DNA of 64,000 bases. Source: Candidatus Uhrbacteria bacterium RIFCSPLOWO2_01_FULL_47_17 (GTDB lineage: Bacteria; Patescibacteriota; Patescibacteriia; UBA9934; GWF2-40-263). Below are positions 55,318-64,000 of the stretch, piece after piece. The stretch spans positions 210,698-274,697 of the forward strand of contig MGEI01000005.1 in the NCBI GenBank assembly GCA_001791305.1, given 5' to 3'. Every line of letters begins with the position of its first letter. Position 1 is the first letter of the stretch. The translations under genes and the position numbers were made by a program. The notes under the pieces were generated by a model. It ran no database searches. It saw only the letters and a program-made list of their open reading frames with translations, and was not told the DNA's origin.

Positions 55318-55788
55318 TCACAGAGTCAGACGAGGATCTTGGAGCGGCAGGAATTCGATTCCGCCGGCTTCTTCGACCACGGTACCCGGGTTTGCACCGC
55401 AATCCGGGCAGTGCAAAACGGGGTAGGAGAATGACTTCGTTCCGCACTGCGGGCAAAAGTCCGAGCCATGGGCGAAGATGTTGAAGAGGCTGTCCGCCCA
55501 ATCACCAACCGTGACGAGGCGATGCGTGAGACGCATGTGTGCGAGTTCGCGATCGAACTGACCCGTCAGGTTCACGATCGTCGCATCCATGTCGGGCGAC
55601 ATTCCATCAAGAATCGCTTGACGACACTTGCGCGCGATGCCGATCATCGACTTCACGGCGTTTTGGTCCGTCGAGCCTGGGTTGAAACGAATCATGAACA
55701 TGGGCGTGAGCTCCCGATAGCGATTGGCCGGCATGCTGGACTTTCCAAACACGTGACCGTGAACCTTCGCGAAATCGTCTGTAAACAT
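55318..55788 (-). CDS. Hypothetical protein with a C-terminal zinc ribbon (first gene of the operon)
   Basis: Start MFTDDFAKVHG after GGAGG. C-terminal 'CPQCGTKSFSYPVLHCPDCG'. Confidence 0.5.
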   Translation of the reverse strand: MFTDDFAKVHGHVFGKSSMPANRYRELTPMFMIRFNPGSTDQNAVKSMIGIARKCRQAILDGMSPDMDATIVNLTGQFDRELAHMRLTHRLVTVGDWADSLFNIFAHGSDFCPQCGTKSFSYPVLHCPDCGANPGTVVEEAGGIEFLPLQDPRLTL

Positions 55789-55890
55789 GATGTGCCTCCG
55801 TGTTGGTGTTGGAAAGGACAATCTCTATGATCAAGATAATGCATTCCCGGTAAAGTCGAAATAGGCATTGTCGACCTTTTCGACAACATT

Positions 55891-56694
55891 TTGACTATCA
55901 CGGGTTCGCATGAGATCATAGAATATATGCATATGAACTACACATCTGACATTCTCAAAGGCCTTGAAGCTTTTGGTCTTGACGAAAAAGAAGTCAAAGT
56001 CTACCTCGCAGGGCTAGAAATCGGCACGGCAACGGTTCTCGAACTATCAAGAAGAACCGAATTACCGCGCACGACTCTCTACCCGATTCTCGAACGTCTC
56101 GAACACCACGGAGTGTTCAAGGTCGGAAAGCAGAAAAACACAACGGTGTATATCGCGGAACTTCCAGATGTCCTCAATCGTAATCTTGAAGATCGCGCGG
56201 CATTATTCTCAAAAACTCTCCCAGCACTCCAGACGATTCACGGATCAGTTCACGAAGGACCGGGTGTGACGTTTTACGAAGGATCGGATGGATTCAAAAG
56301 AGTTTGGAAAGCGATTATCGGATCAGGCGTGAAGGAATACAGATTGATCACAAGCGGAACCGGACTCCTTGACTACGTGAAGGAACCGTATCTTGTGAAG
56401 CGTGTGATTGCGGAGCGCATGCAAAAGAAAATTTTGAGCAAACAACTCATTCCAGACAATCGCGATACGCGAAAGATTGTGGAAAAAGATTCGGAAGAAT
56501 TGCGCGAGTCACGTTTTTTGCCGACCGGTACCGTGCTCCCGTCGACAGTGATTATTTTTGCGGATCACGTTGCATTTATTACGACACGAAAAGAAAACAC
56601 GATGATTTTGCTTGCGAGTGGTGACGTGGCGCTGACGTACAAGACGTTGTTTGATTTGATTTGGGAAAAGGCGGAGAAGGCTGATACACTGTAG
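55891..56694 (+). CDS. TrmB-family transcriptional regulator (paralog 2)
   Basis: 'ILKGLEAFGLDEKEVKVYLAGLEIGTATVLELSRRTELPRTTLYPILERLEHHGV' winged HTH. Same architecture as 49861..50634. The start may be an internal Met. Confidence 0.65.
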   Translation: MTITGSHEIIEYMHMNYTSDILKGLEAFGLDEKEVKVYLAGLEIGTATVLELSRRTELPRTTLYPILERLEHHGVFKVGKQKNTTVYIAELPDVLNRNLEDRAALFSKTLPALQTIHGSVHEGPGVTFYEGSDGFKRVWKAIIGSGVKEYRLITSGTGLLDYVKEPYLVKRVIAERMQKKILSKQLIPDNRDTRKIVEKDSEELRESRFLPTGTVLPSTVIIFADHVAFITTRKENTMILLASGDVALTYKTLFDLIWEKAEKADTL

Positions 56695-56698
56695 GCAC

Positions 56699-59431
56699 AT
56701 GAAAACTTCTCGCAAAACCCTTTATATTCTCGATGGTAACGCGCTTTTGCATCGCGCTTGGCATGCGGTTCCACCGCTCGCCACAAAAGATGGACTTATC
56801 GTGAATGCGGTTTACGGTTTCACGAACGTTGTTGAAAAAATCCGTTATAGCTTTAAACCGGATTATTTTTGTGTTGCATGGGATCTTCCTGGCAAGACGT
56901 TTCGACATTATGCGGTTGAAAGTTACAAAGCAACGCGCGTAAAAAAAGAACCGGAGTTGTATGCGCAAATTCCCATGATTCAAGAATTGTTGCTCGCATA
57001 TCACGTTCCGTCATACAGCGCTCCCGGATATGAAGCGGATGATGTGATTGGAACCATCGCCGAAGTTGTAAAAAAACAAAACGTCGATGTGGTGATTGTA
57101 ACCGGTGATATGGATGCGCTTCAGCTCGTTGGCGATCACGTTCGAGTTTTATCGTTCGTAAAAGGCGTTTCCGAAACGAAGACGTACGACGAATCGGCGG
57201 TGTTCGAGAGGTTCGAACTTCGACCCGATCAGCTCATTGACTATAAAGCGCTTCGAGGAGATACGTCCGACAACATTGCGGGAATTGCTGGAATTGGTGA
57301 GAAGGGTGCGCTCGAGTTGATTCAGAAGTTTGGAACCGTTGATGGAATTTTTGAAGCATTAAAAAAAGGTGAAGTGCCGTCGAAGTTTGCAAAGAAGTTG
57401 GATGGAAAAGAGAAGGTCGCAGAAGAATCCAAAATGCTCGTGACGATTATTCGTGATGTTCCGTTTAAGTTTCATCTCGACGAAACCGTTTATCAATCAC
57501 CGAACCTTGATTCCCTTCTCGAGCTTTTCCGCAAATATGAGTTTCGTTCGTTGCTCAGAAAGTATTCGACGGCGATGAGTGATTCAGAAATACCACCACC
57601 CCCAATCGATGATATGAATGGAAATGTTTCTTCTGTGTCATCCCGAGCGAAGCGCAGCGAAGCCGAGGGATCTCTCCGTTCGTCGTCGAACTCCTCAGTC
57701 GAGATGACAAAGAAAATAGAACTCATTCGCGACCTTCCCTCTCTCGAACCCGCGCTCAAAAAAATCAAAGACACAACCATCGGCATTCTCCTCGGAACAC
57801 AAACGCCAGATCTCTTCGGAACGATTCACGCGGCGTTTGCGATTTCAGATGGTATGCATACGGTATGCGTGATGAGCCCAACAAAAGCACTGCTCGAAGC
57901 GCTTCATAAAAAAATTTCTCGCGCGGAAAAAGTGATTATACACGATGAAAAGTTTTTGATGCATACACTCGGTTGGAAGTTTACGAATGAAGTATTTGAT
58001 GTGATGATCGCATCGTACCTATTGAATGCCGGATCGAGATCATACGATATCGGCACCGTTCTCGAGGAGGAACTTGGGGTGAGAAACACGGAACTGCCCG
58101 TTTCGTACTCGAGCGATAAAGATTACAAGAAACTCGCAGATCTCGCGCAGCATTTGCCTGCGCTCGAAAAAATCCTTCGCAAGAAATTGCATGAGACGGA
58201 ACAAGAACATGTGTATGATCAGATTGAAATGCCTCTGATTCCAGTGTTGTATCGCATGGAAGAAAAAGGAATCGAGGTTGATGTGAAGGCGCTCGGCGTC
58301 TTCTCGAAAGAACTCGCAAAGAATATTACGAGTCTCGAGAAAAAGATTCGTGACATTGCGGGTGAGGAAGTGAACGTCAATTCTCCATCGCAACTTGCAC
58401 ATGTGTTGTTCGAGACGCTGCAGCTTTCGACGAAACACATCAAGAAAACAAAAACGGGATACTCGACAGCGGCGTCAGAACTCGAAAAGTTGATGGATGA
58501 ACATGAGATCGTTCCGATGATCTCGGAGTATCGTGAACTCGCGAAATTGCAATCAACATACGTCGAGGCGCTTCCGCGACAAGTCGCGAAAGATGGCCGT
58601 ATCCATACGACGTACAATCAAACGATTGCGGCGACTGGACGATTGTCGTCGATCGATCCGAACTTGCAAAACATTCCGATTCGCACCGAACTCGGTCGCG
58701 AAATTCGCAAAGCATTCGTTACGGCAAAAGATTGTTTACTCGTTTCCGCCGACTATTCACAGATCGAGCTTCGCCTTGTCGCGATTCTCGCGCACGACAA
58801 ACCATTTATCGATGCATTTAATAACGGCGCGGATATTCACACACGAACCGCTGCGGAAGTTTGGGAGATCGACGAGAGTGCCGTCACGAAGGACCAGCGT
58901 CGCGCGGCAAAGGCCATCAACTTCGGCATCATGTACGGAATGGGACCGCGTTCCCTTTCGAGATCAACGGGGCTCACCATGACCGAAGCAAAAACATTCA
59001 TTGAAAAATATTTCAACATTCACGCTGCGGTGCGTGAATATCTCGACTCACTCAAAAAGAAAGCGCACGAAGATGGATTCGTGCAAACATATTTCGGACG
59101 TCGAAGATATTTTCCTGAGATTGAATCCGGCATGCAAATGCTTGTCGCGCAAGCGGAGCGCATGGCACAAAACATGCCGATTCAAGGAACGCAGGCGGAT
59201 ATTGTGAAAATGGCGATGCTCTCCGTCGACGGCTGGCTGAAACAAAGTCAGCTACGCGCGAGTATTTTGCTCCAAGTTCACGATGAACTTGTCCTCGAGG
59301 TACACAAAGATGATGTAGATAACGTAAGCAAAGGATTGAAAGAAATGATGGAAAGTGTGGCAAAGTTTGATGTGCCACTCGAGGTCGAGGTAAAGAAGGG
59401 AAAGAATTGGGGGGAGATGGAGAAGATATAA
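56699..59431 (+). CDS. polA: DNA polymerase I
   Basis: 910 aa. 5'-3' exonuclease N-terminus (YILDGNALLHRAWHA...). Pol A motifs (DYSQIELR, RRAAKAINFGIMYG, VHDELVLE). Confidence 0.9.
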   Translation: MKTSRKTLYILDGNALLHRAWHAVPPLATKDGLIVNAVYGFTNVVEKIRYSFKPDYFCVAWDLPGKTFRHYAVESYKATRVKKEPELYAQIPMIQELLLAYHVPSYSAPGYEADDVIGTIAEVVKKQNVDVVIVTGDMDALQLVGDHVRVLSFVKGVSETKTYDESAVFERFELRPDQLIDYKALRGDTSDNIAGIAGIGEKGALELIQKFGTVDGIFEALKKGEVPSKFAKKLDGKEKVAEESKMLVTIIRDVPFKFHLDETVYQSPNLDSLLELFRKYEFRSLLRKYSTAMSDSEIPPPPIDDMNGNVSSVSSRAKRSEAEGSLRSSSNSSVEMTKKIELIRDLPSLEPALKKIKDTTIGILLGTQTPDLFGTIHAAFAISDGMHTVCVMSPTKALLEALHKKISRAEKVIIHDEKFLMHTLGWKFTNEVFDVMIASYLLNAGSRSYDIGTVLEEELGVRNTELPVSYSSDKDYKKLADLAQHLPALEKILRKKLHETEQEHVYDQIEMPLIPVLYRMEEKGIEVDVKALGVFSKELAKNITSLEKKIRDIAGEEVNVNSPSQLAHVLFETLQLSTKHIKKTKTGYSTAASELEKLMDEHEIVPMISEYRELAKLQSTYVEALPRQVAKDGRIHTTYNQTIAATGRLSSIDPNLQNIPIRTELGREIRKAFVTAKDCLLVSADYSQIELRLVAILAHDKPFIDAFNNGADIHTRTAAEVWEIDESAVTKDQRRAAKAINFGIMYGMGPRSLSRSTGLTMTEAKTFIEKYFNIHAAVREYLDSLKKKAHEDGFVQTYFGRRRYFPEIESGMQMLVAQAERMAQNMPIQGTQADIVKMAMLSVDGWLKQSQLRASILLQVHDELVLEVHKDDVDNVSKGLKEMMESVAKFDVPLEVEVKKGKNWGEMEKI

Positions 59432-59506
59432 AGTGAAAATCACCGTTAATGCGGTGATTTTTGATTGCTTGCGACCCCGATCGATCAACGATACAATCCA
59501 CTCACT

Positions 59507-60478
59507 ATGCTTTTATTCGTCTACGGCGATGACTCGTTCCGCGCGCAGGAAAAAGTCTCGCAGCTTAAATATGCGTTTCGTGAGAAACATGATCCATCCG
59601 GTTTGAACACCGTTGTTTTTCCGTCTGTAGATGGAAAGCTGATCGCGGGTGATGTTATTCAAGCTGTGACGACCATGCCGTTTCTCTCGAAGCATCGCAT
59701 GGTCATTATTCGCGATCTGATAGACTCCGTAAAAAAAGACGACCTCCCGCTTTGGGAGACGGGACTCTCGAGAACCCCAGACTCGACGATTGTTATTTTG
59801 TGGGAGTCGAAGGCGGTGGATGCAATTGAGAAGAAGTCGCTTTTTAAAACACTGAAAGAACAAGCTCAAGTTCACACATATCCATTCCCTGCTCTCGCTG
59901 GCTCCTCGCTCACAACTTGGATCGCGGATCGATGTAAGTCAAAAGGTTCTTCGATCGAGTCGGGCGCACTGCGAGCATTGATCGAACGCGTCGGTGCGGA
60001 CTTGTGGCAGATGAGTCATGAGATCGATAAGCTGGTTGCATTTGCAAACGGATCGACCATCACCGAGACAATGGTTACACAACTTGTGCAAGCGAATTTT
60101 GAAGGAAAAATTTTCGACCTTGTTGATGCGCTCTCTCGAAAAGATGTTCGTGCAACTGTCCGCATGCTCGAGGAAGAACGTTTCGCTGGTTCCGACGATT
60201 ACTATTTGATGAGCATGTTCACGCGACAGATTCGTTTACTTCTCGGCGCACGTTCGGTTCTCGATTCAAATCCTCGAGCGGATAAGAATACGATTGCAAC
60301 AGAGCTCGATGTGCATCCGTTCGTCGCATCCAAGCTCGTCACTCAAGCAAAAAATTTCTCCTTGCAACAACTTCTCGACGCACACGCCCAACTCTTCGAA
60401 TTTGATCGCGCCATGAAAAATGGCGTAATTAGTGTGGATTTGGCGGTGGATTTGATCGCCACACGATTAATTGTTTGA
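59507..60478 (+). CDS. holA: DNA polymerase III delta subunit
   Basis: 'MLLFVYGDDSFRAQEKVSQLK' typical HolA N-terminus. About 320 aa. Confidence 0.7.
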   Translation: MLLFVYGDDSFRAQEKVSQLKYAFREKHDPSGLNTVVFPSVDGKLIAGDVIQAVTTMPFLSKHRMVIIRDLIDSVKKDDLPLWETGLSRTPDSTIVILWESKAVDAIEKKSLFKTLKEQAQVHTYPFPALAGSSLTTWIADRCKSKGSSIESGALRALIERVGADLWQMSHEIDKLVAFANGSTITETMVTQLVQANFEGKIFDLVDALSRKDVRATVRMLEEERFAGSDDYYLMSMFTRQIRLLLGARSVLDSNPRADKNTIATELDVHPFVASKLVTQAKNFSLQQLLDAHAQLFEFDRAMKNGVISVDLAVDLIATRLIV

Positions 60479-60542
60479 CCATCAGGCGGTTTTTTGTTAA
60501 GGTTTTCGCTCGATCAATAGTTGATCGAGCGCGGAGGAACAC

Positions 60543-60755
60543 ATGAGAACAGCTGTGATCATTGTCGCTCTTTGGATCTTATCTTTTTGTGGAATGTGGG
60601 CATCAAGTTTGATCTCACCCTCCGCGATGGTCATTGCTGTGATGGTCTTATCAACCATTCTTGGTTTCCTCGGATGTGCTCTCGGAGCTGTATGTGGAAC
60701 ACGTGCCGTACTTCGGTGGTACGAACGTGATTTGAAACCAGGCAATCATGAATAG
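60543..60755 (+). CDS. Small hypothetical membrane protein (70 aa, two TM)
   Basis: GGAGG RBS and a hydrophobic profile. Preceded by a perfect 10-bp palindrome. Confidence 0.45.
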   Translation: MRTAVIIVALWILSFCGMWASSLISPSAMVIAVMVLSTILGFLGCALGAVCGTRAVLRWYERDLKPGNHE

Positions 60756-60764
60756 GAGGAACAC

Positions 60765-61139
60765 ATGAGTCGATTGTTCATTTCACTTGGAGCTATCATC
60801 GTGCTTGCCGCATGCGGTACCGATGCGGCAAAAATGGCTACAGAAAATCCATCGAATATTCTTCAGGCGTTTGCCTTGCTTGTTGGAACACTCACATTTC
60901 TGCTTTGTCTCATAGGTGAACAGGATTTGTGGCCCAATGCTATTTTGAATGCGACCAAGTATTCGGGGTTCATTTGTGTCGTGGTTGGTCCACTTTTTTA
61001 CATCTCGACACAGAAAATCGAACTCGCGCTCGCGATTTCTCTCTCAGGAGGTCTCATTCTCAGTGGTCTGCACCTCTTCTTCAAAAAAGAATTCCAACAG
61101 ATGACGAGGGTTGAGACTCAACGAGAAGAAGAGGAATAA
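60765..61139 (+). CDS. Small hypothetical membrane protein (124 aa, four TM)
   Basis: GGAGG RBS and a hydrophobic profile. Confidence 0.45.
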   Translation: MSRLFISLGAIIVLAACGTDAAKMATENPSNILQAFALLVGTLTFLLCLIGEQDLWPNAILNATKYSGFICVVVGPLFYISTQKIELALAISLSGGLILSGLHLFFKKEFQQMTRVETQREEEE

Positions 61140-61167
61140 GCTTATCATCCCCAAAAAGGATGATTTT

Positions 61168-61713
61168 TTATTTTGATGGACACGCTCCCCACAATCCACG
61201 TTTATTTTTCTTTGCTATTTTTTGCACCGCTCGAAATTCTTTCTGATATTGGTACGGAATTTTGTAGGTGTATTCACGCGCAAAACCGTTTTGAATGAGG
61301 GTTTTATTTATATTCATCTCTTCGAGAAATACAAAACGCAACAGACGATCATATCTGTCTCGATTATCTTGAGATGGATCCGACTCAAGTTTCACAATGC
61401 GATCGATCATGAGATTTTTTGCATATGCAGACGCTTCCGGACCAAAACATTGTACGGGTCGATTCGGTGCGACTGTCTCGGGAGTGTTAACGCCGAGTAA
61501 TCGAACCGTTTCTGGTTTATGATTAAGCGCGACGATGATGGTGTCACCATCAACAACACGAATCACCTGAGACTCGATTGCTATTTTGGCCTTCTGTTTG
61601 TCGAGTGTGTGCTGATCTGTAGAGTTATGATAAAACCACAGTGAAGCGATGCTGATGATGATCGAAATGGAGTAAAAAAATAGTTTTGTGAAGTATTTTG
61701 ATTTGACAGACAT
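61168..61713 (-). CDS. Thermonuclease (staphylococcal nuclease-like), membrane-anchored
   Basis: 'VIRVVDGDTIIVALNHKPETVRLLGVNTPET' and 'DRYDRLLRFVF' SNase motifs. N-terminal TM. Confidence 0.8.
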   Translation of the reverse strand: MSVKSKYFTKLFFYSISIIISIASLWFYHNSTDQHTLDKQKAKIAIESQVIRVVDGDTIIVALNHKPETVRLLGVNTPETVAPNRPVQCFGPEASAYAKNLMIDRIVKLESDPSQDNRDRYDRLLRFVFLEEMNINKTLIQNGFAREYTYKIPYQYQKEFRAVQKIAKKNKRGLWGACPSK

Positions 61714-61818
61714 AGGATTTGATGTTAGAGTTTATTTACATTTGATCATGTAGTCGAAGTGATCCCCGAGGAATCGCCCTAAAAATGATTCCGTTTTGAT
61801 ACGAAAGTGGGTTTTGTG

Positions 61819-62304
61819 TCATTTATTTGGCCGTTTGGCTCCCGAGGAACTCTCAATGTGAGAGTTCCGTTTTTTTATCAAGGCGATAATTTTTTCTTCA
61901 ATCTGTTTAAATTCCTCCTCAGAAATTTTCCGTATCAATCGCTGGAGACGTTTTGAACTTATGAGGCGCAATTGTAATAGGAGGATAGAAAAAATTTTCC
62001 CTTGTTGAACATAGGGATGATACCAGTTTCCTGTTCTATTTTTTGAGGTCATTGGCAGGATCCAGGCAGTGTGGCGATTAAATTTTCTGAGAATGAGCAC
62101 GGGTCGTTCGAAGAGTGCGTTTTTTCCATCTTGTTCATACCCAATATTAAGACCAATCGAACACCACCAAACTTCGCGTTCATGAAAAAATGGAATTTGC
62201 ATGTTTAACAATTCAATTTTCTCTTTCAGAAGATTCCATTCATCAAAATTTTTCATACGCAGAATGTTAAAACAAAAAAAGAACTCCCAGATGAATTTGA
62301 TCAT
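61819..62304 (-). CDS. PemK/MazF-family toxin-like protein
   Basis: 'REVWWCSIGLNIGYEQDGKNALFERPVLIL' matches the PemK/MazF core (W..G.N.G.EQ.G...RP.L.L). Likely true start MKNFDEW at 62256. No adjacent antitoxin ORF was seen. Confidence 0.55.
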   Translation of the reverse strand: MIKFIWEFFFCFNILRMKNFDEWNLLKEKIELLNMQIPFFHEREVWWCSIGLNIGYEQDGKNALFERPVLILRKFNRHTAWILPMTSKNRTGNWYHPYVQQGKIFSILLLQLRLISSKRLQRLIRKISEEEFKQIEEKIIALIKKRNSHIESSSGAKRPNK

Positions 62305-62408
62305 GTAGGAGTTCTAATTTCTTGTATCTCTATTTCATCAAAAAATTTTGTGATTGTCAATGGTGGGTTGTGGAAAAATAAATCCGAGCTATGAGGCTCG
62401 GATTTTAT

Positions 62409-62678
62409 TTACTTCGTTTTGAGCGCGTTCACTTTTTTCATGAGACGTGACTTCAAACGAGCGGCGGTGTTTTTTTTGACGATGTTTTTTGAAACGGCTT
62501 TGTCGAATTTCTTGCTGACAAGTTTTGCAACTTCCGCAGCCTCTGTAAGTTTCTTTGCATCAATCATTTTGCGCAATTTCACGCGAAGTGATTTGATTTC
62601 TGCATTGATAACTTTCACGTGTTGGGTGCGCTTTTCTGCTTTGCGCATCGCTTTTTTGGCGTTCTCTTTGTTTGGCAT
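62409..62678 (-). CDS. rpsT: 30S ribosomal protein S20
   Basis: 'MPNKENAKKAMRKAEKRTQHVKVINAEIKSLRVKL...'. Start taken at the internal Met. A hairpin plus T-run terminator lies just downstream, around 62345-62395. Confidence 0.8.
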   Translation of the reverse strand: MPNKENAKKAMRKAEKRTQHVKVINAEIKSLRVKLRKMIDAKKLTEAAEVAKLVSKKFDKAVSKNIVKKNTAARLKSRLMKKVNALKTK

Positions 62679-62786
62679 AGTGTAGTAAATAATTTTTGGG
62701 CAAGATGGAAAGGTTATATCCTCCTTTGCATCTATCACATTCCGTGAGAGCGATACGGATTGAGTCGAAGTTTATGGGAAAAGACC

Positions 62787-63899
62787 TTAATCGTCAAGCA
62801 TCTGACTTCCCTGCTCGATTTCAATCGGTTCAAGGAGCTTTCCGGCTGCGCCTTGCGTGATGCGAAACACGTCTTTATCGACCTTTTTTAACTCCCCAGA
62901 TGAGGCATTAAAGGCGCGGACGGTCGTTTCAAGGTTCTTTCCGAGCTTATTGTGATAGTCCTCATACGCTTTCATGTGTTTCACGAGTGCCTCGGCCTGG
63001 AGCTGTATATCCTTCACAGAATCTTCGATTTGCAAGGCCTTTAGTCCAAGGATCACTGTTTGTAGGTAGGCAAAGAACGAAGTTGGTGCAACGATCATGA
63101 CGCCTTTTTCGAAGGCGTACTCGATGAGATTGCGCGCGTTTACCTTTACAGCGCCCACACTTGAATTGATCAAGTTGTGATAAACCCCTTCGGCCGGAAT
63201 AAACATGAAGGCAAAATTCGTTGTCCCCTTATCAGGGCGAATGTACTTTGAGGTTTCGTCGATGCGTTTTTTTACATCGGATTTAAATTCCTTTTCGAGC
63301 TGCTCGCGAAGTTCAACATCCTGCTCGTTCGAGATTTTGTTGTAATTTTCCAAAGAAAACTTCGAATCTATTGGAATCAGCATTTCTTTAATGTGGATCA
63401 CAGCGTCAGGAATCAGCTTTTGTCCGGATGTTTCATCTATACCGAGATCATATTGCATTTCGTATTGGCCAGGCGCGAGAACTTGTCCAAGAAGCGATTC
63501 CAACCAGTATTCCCCAAGAATTCCACGGTGTTTTGGATTTTTAAGAATATTCTCGAGACTCTGAAGTTGTGTTGAGAAGCCAAGAACTTGTTTATTTGTT
63601 TCATCGAGTTTCGTGAGTTTTTCTGTGACGTCTCGAATGATTCCTGATGTATTTTGAAAGTTTTTTTGCAGTGTGGATGAGGATTCTGTTAGGTTTTTCA
63701 TCATGCGATCAGACATTTGGTCGAGTCGATCGGCAACTTCGCGACGCTGATTATTGGTGGTTTCTTGAAGTTCTTTGCGTAATTCCGAAAGAGTTTGTTG
63801 AAAAGAAGAGTGATCAAATGAAGCCGATGGTTTTTTTGCGACAAGAAAAACAACAATCGCAAGAAGTAAAACAAGAATGATGATTTCAACAGGTGACAT
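62787..63899 (-). CDS. rmuC: DNA recombination protein RmuC
   Basis: 370 aa, N-terminal TM, long coiled coil, and a C-terminal RmuC nuclease-like region (FMFIPAEGVY). Confidence 0.75.
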   Translation of the reverse strand: MSPVEIIILVLLLAIVVFLVAKKPSASFDHSSFQQTLSELRKELQETTNNQRREVADRLDQMSDRMMKNLTESSSTLQKNFQNTSGIIRDVTEKLTKLDETNKQVLGFSTQLQSLENILKNPKHRGILGEYWLESLLGQVLAPGQYEMQYDLGIDETSGQKLIPDAVIHIKEMLIPIDSKFSLENYNKISNEQDVELREQLEKEFKSDVKKRIDETSKYIRPDKGTTNFAFMFIPAEGVYHNLINSSVGAVKVNARNLIEYAFEKGVMIVAPTSFFAYLQTVILGLKALQIEDSVKDIQLQAEALVKHMKAYEDYHNKLGKNLETTVRAFNASSGELKKVDKDVFRITQGAAGKLLEPIEIEQGSQMLDD

Positions 63900-64000
63900 A
63901 ATGCTTTACGATGAATGTTAAAGAAACGTATAATGTTCGAGCTCCATTATAGCATGCGGCGTTTAACGAATCTTGTATTTTACGACGCATATGTAATGAA

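Noticed and set aside
1-64000. CRISPR arrays, rRNA genes, transposases/IS elements, prophage integrase other than xerD
   Set aside because: No regularly spaced direct repeats, no rRNA-like conserved stretches and no DDE/HTH transposase-like ORFs were seen on reading both strands. xerD has the standard chromosomal-dimer-resolution architecture and no flanking phage genes.

Overview
This 64 kb window looks like chromosomal DNA from a small-genome bacterium with modest GC, and it includes the replication origin. My guess that the organism is a Candidate Phyla Radiation/Patescibacteria-type lineage is inference only. It rests on five tandem TrbC/VirB2-like 'T4SS pilin' paralogs, an H+-pyrophosphatase, a SemiSWEET transporter, TrmB-family regulators and a minimal Fe-S assembly set.

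Core genes recognised directly from the ORF translations:
- Start of window and envelope: galU (partial), a solute-binding lipoprotein, a VIT-family transporter, a 3D-domain protein, PBP1A.
- Origin region: dnaN and dnaA with DnaA-box clusters on both sides of dnaA, then rpmH-rnpA-yidD.
- Fe-S operon: nifS-nifU-nfu, a ferredoxin and a flavoprotein reductase.
- Repair and chaperones: nfo, trigger factor.
- Membrane and RNA genes: H+-PPase, an M23/LysM peptidase, comM/yifB, lspA, a dksA-like gene, pnp, a NYN-domain gene, rpsO.
- Transport and recombination: SemiSWEET, an MFS transporter, a DsbA-like protein, xerD.
- Cofactor and replication genes: coaE, coaD, an HD-domain protein, an MBL hydrolase, polA, holA.
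- End of window: thermonuclease, a MazF-like toxin, rpsT, rmuC.

Three tRNAs were found by hand-folding: tRNA-Cys(GCA), tRNA-Arg(TCT) and tRNA-His(GTG). No CRISPR array, rRNA or transposase was seen.

Candidate accessory or novel regions:
1. A ~8.3 kb block of six uncharacterised genes with slightly elevated GC (25464-33739) sits between tig and the H+-PPase gene. Its core is a translationally coupled pair: a double-HTH protein and a 666-aa protein whose N-terminus carries all three Bergerat-fold GHKL ATPase motifs. A nested palindromic operator lies in the divergent promoter.
2. A GC-rich minus-strand operon of three zinc-ribbon proteins (54118-55788).
3. A GC-rich block (4600-9320) encoding two secreted proteins and an 811-aa polytopic membrane protein, immediately downstream of the five-gene pilin array.
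4. A third, isolated DnaA-box triad about 18 kb from oriC, inside a ~500 nt untranslated tail that ends in a strong minus-strand terminator.
5. Two occurrences of a shared TCGATCA palindrome.
6. An elaborate nested-hairpin element next to tRNA-His.
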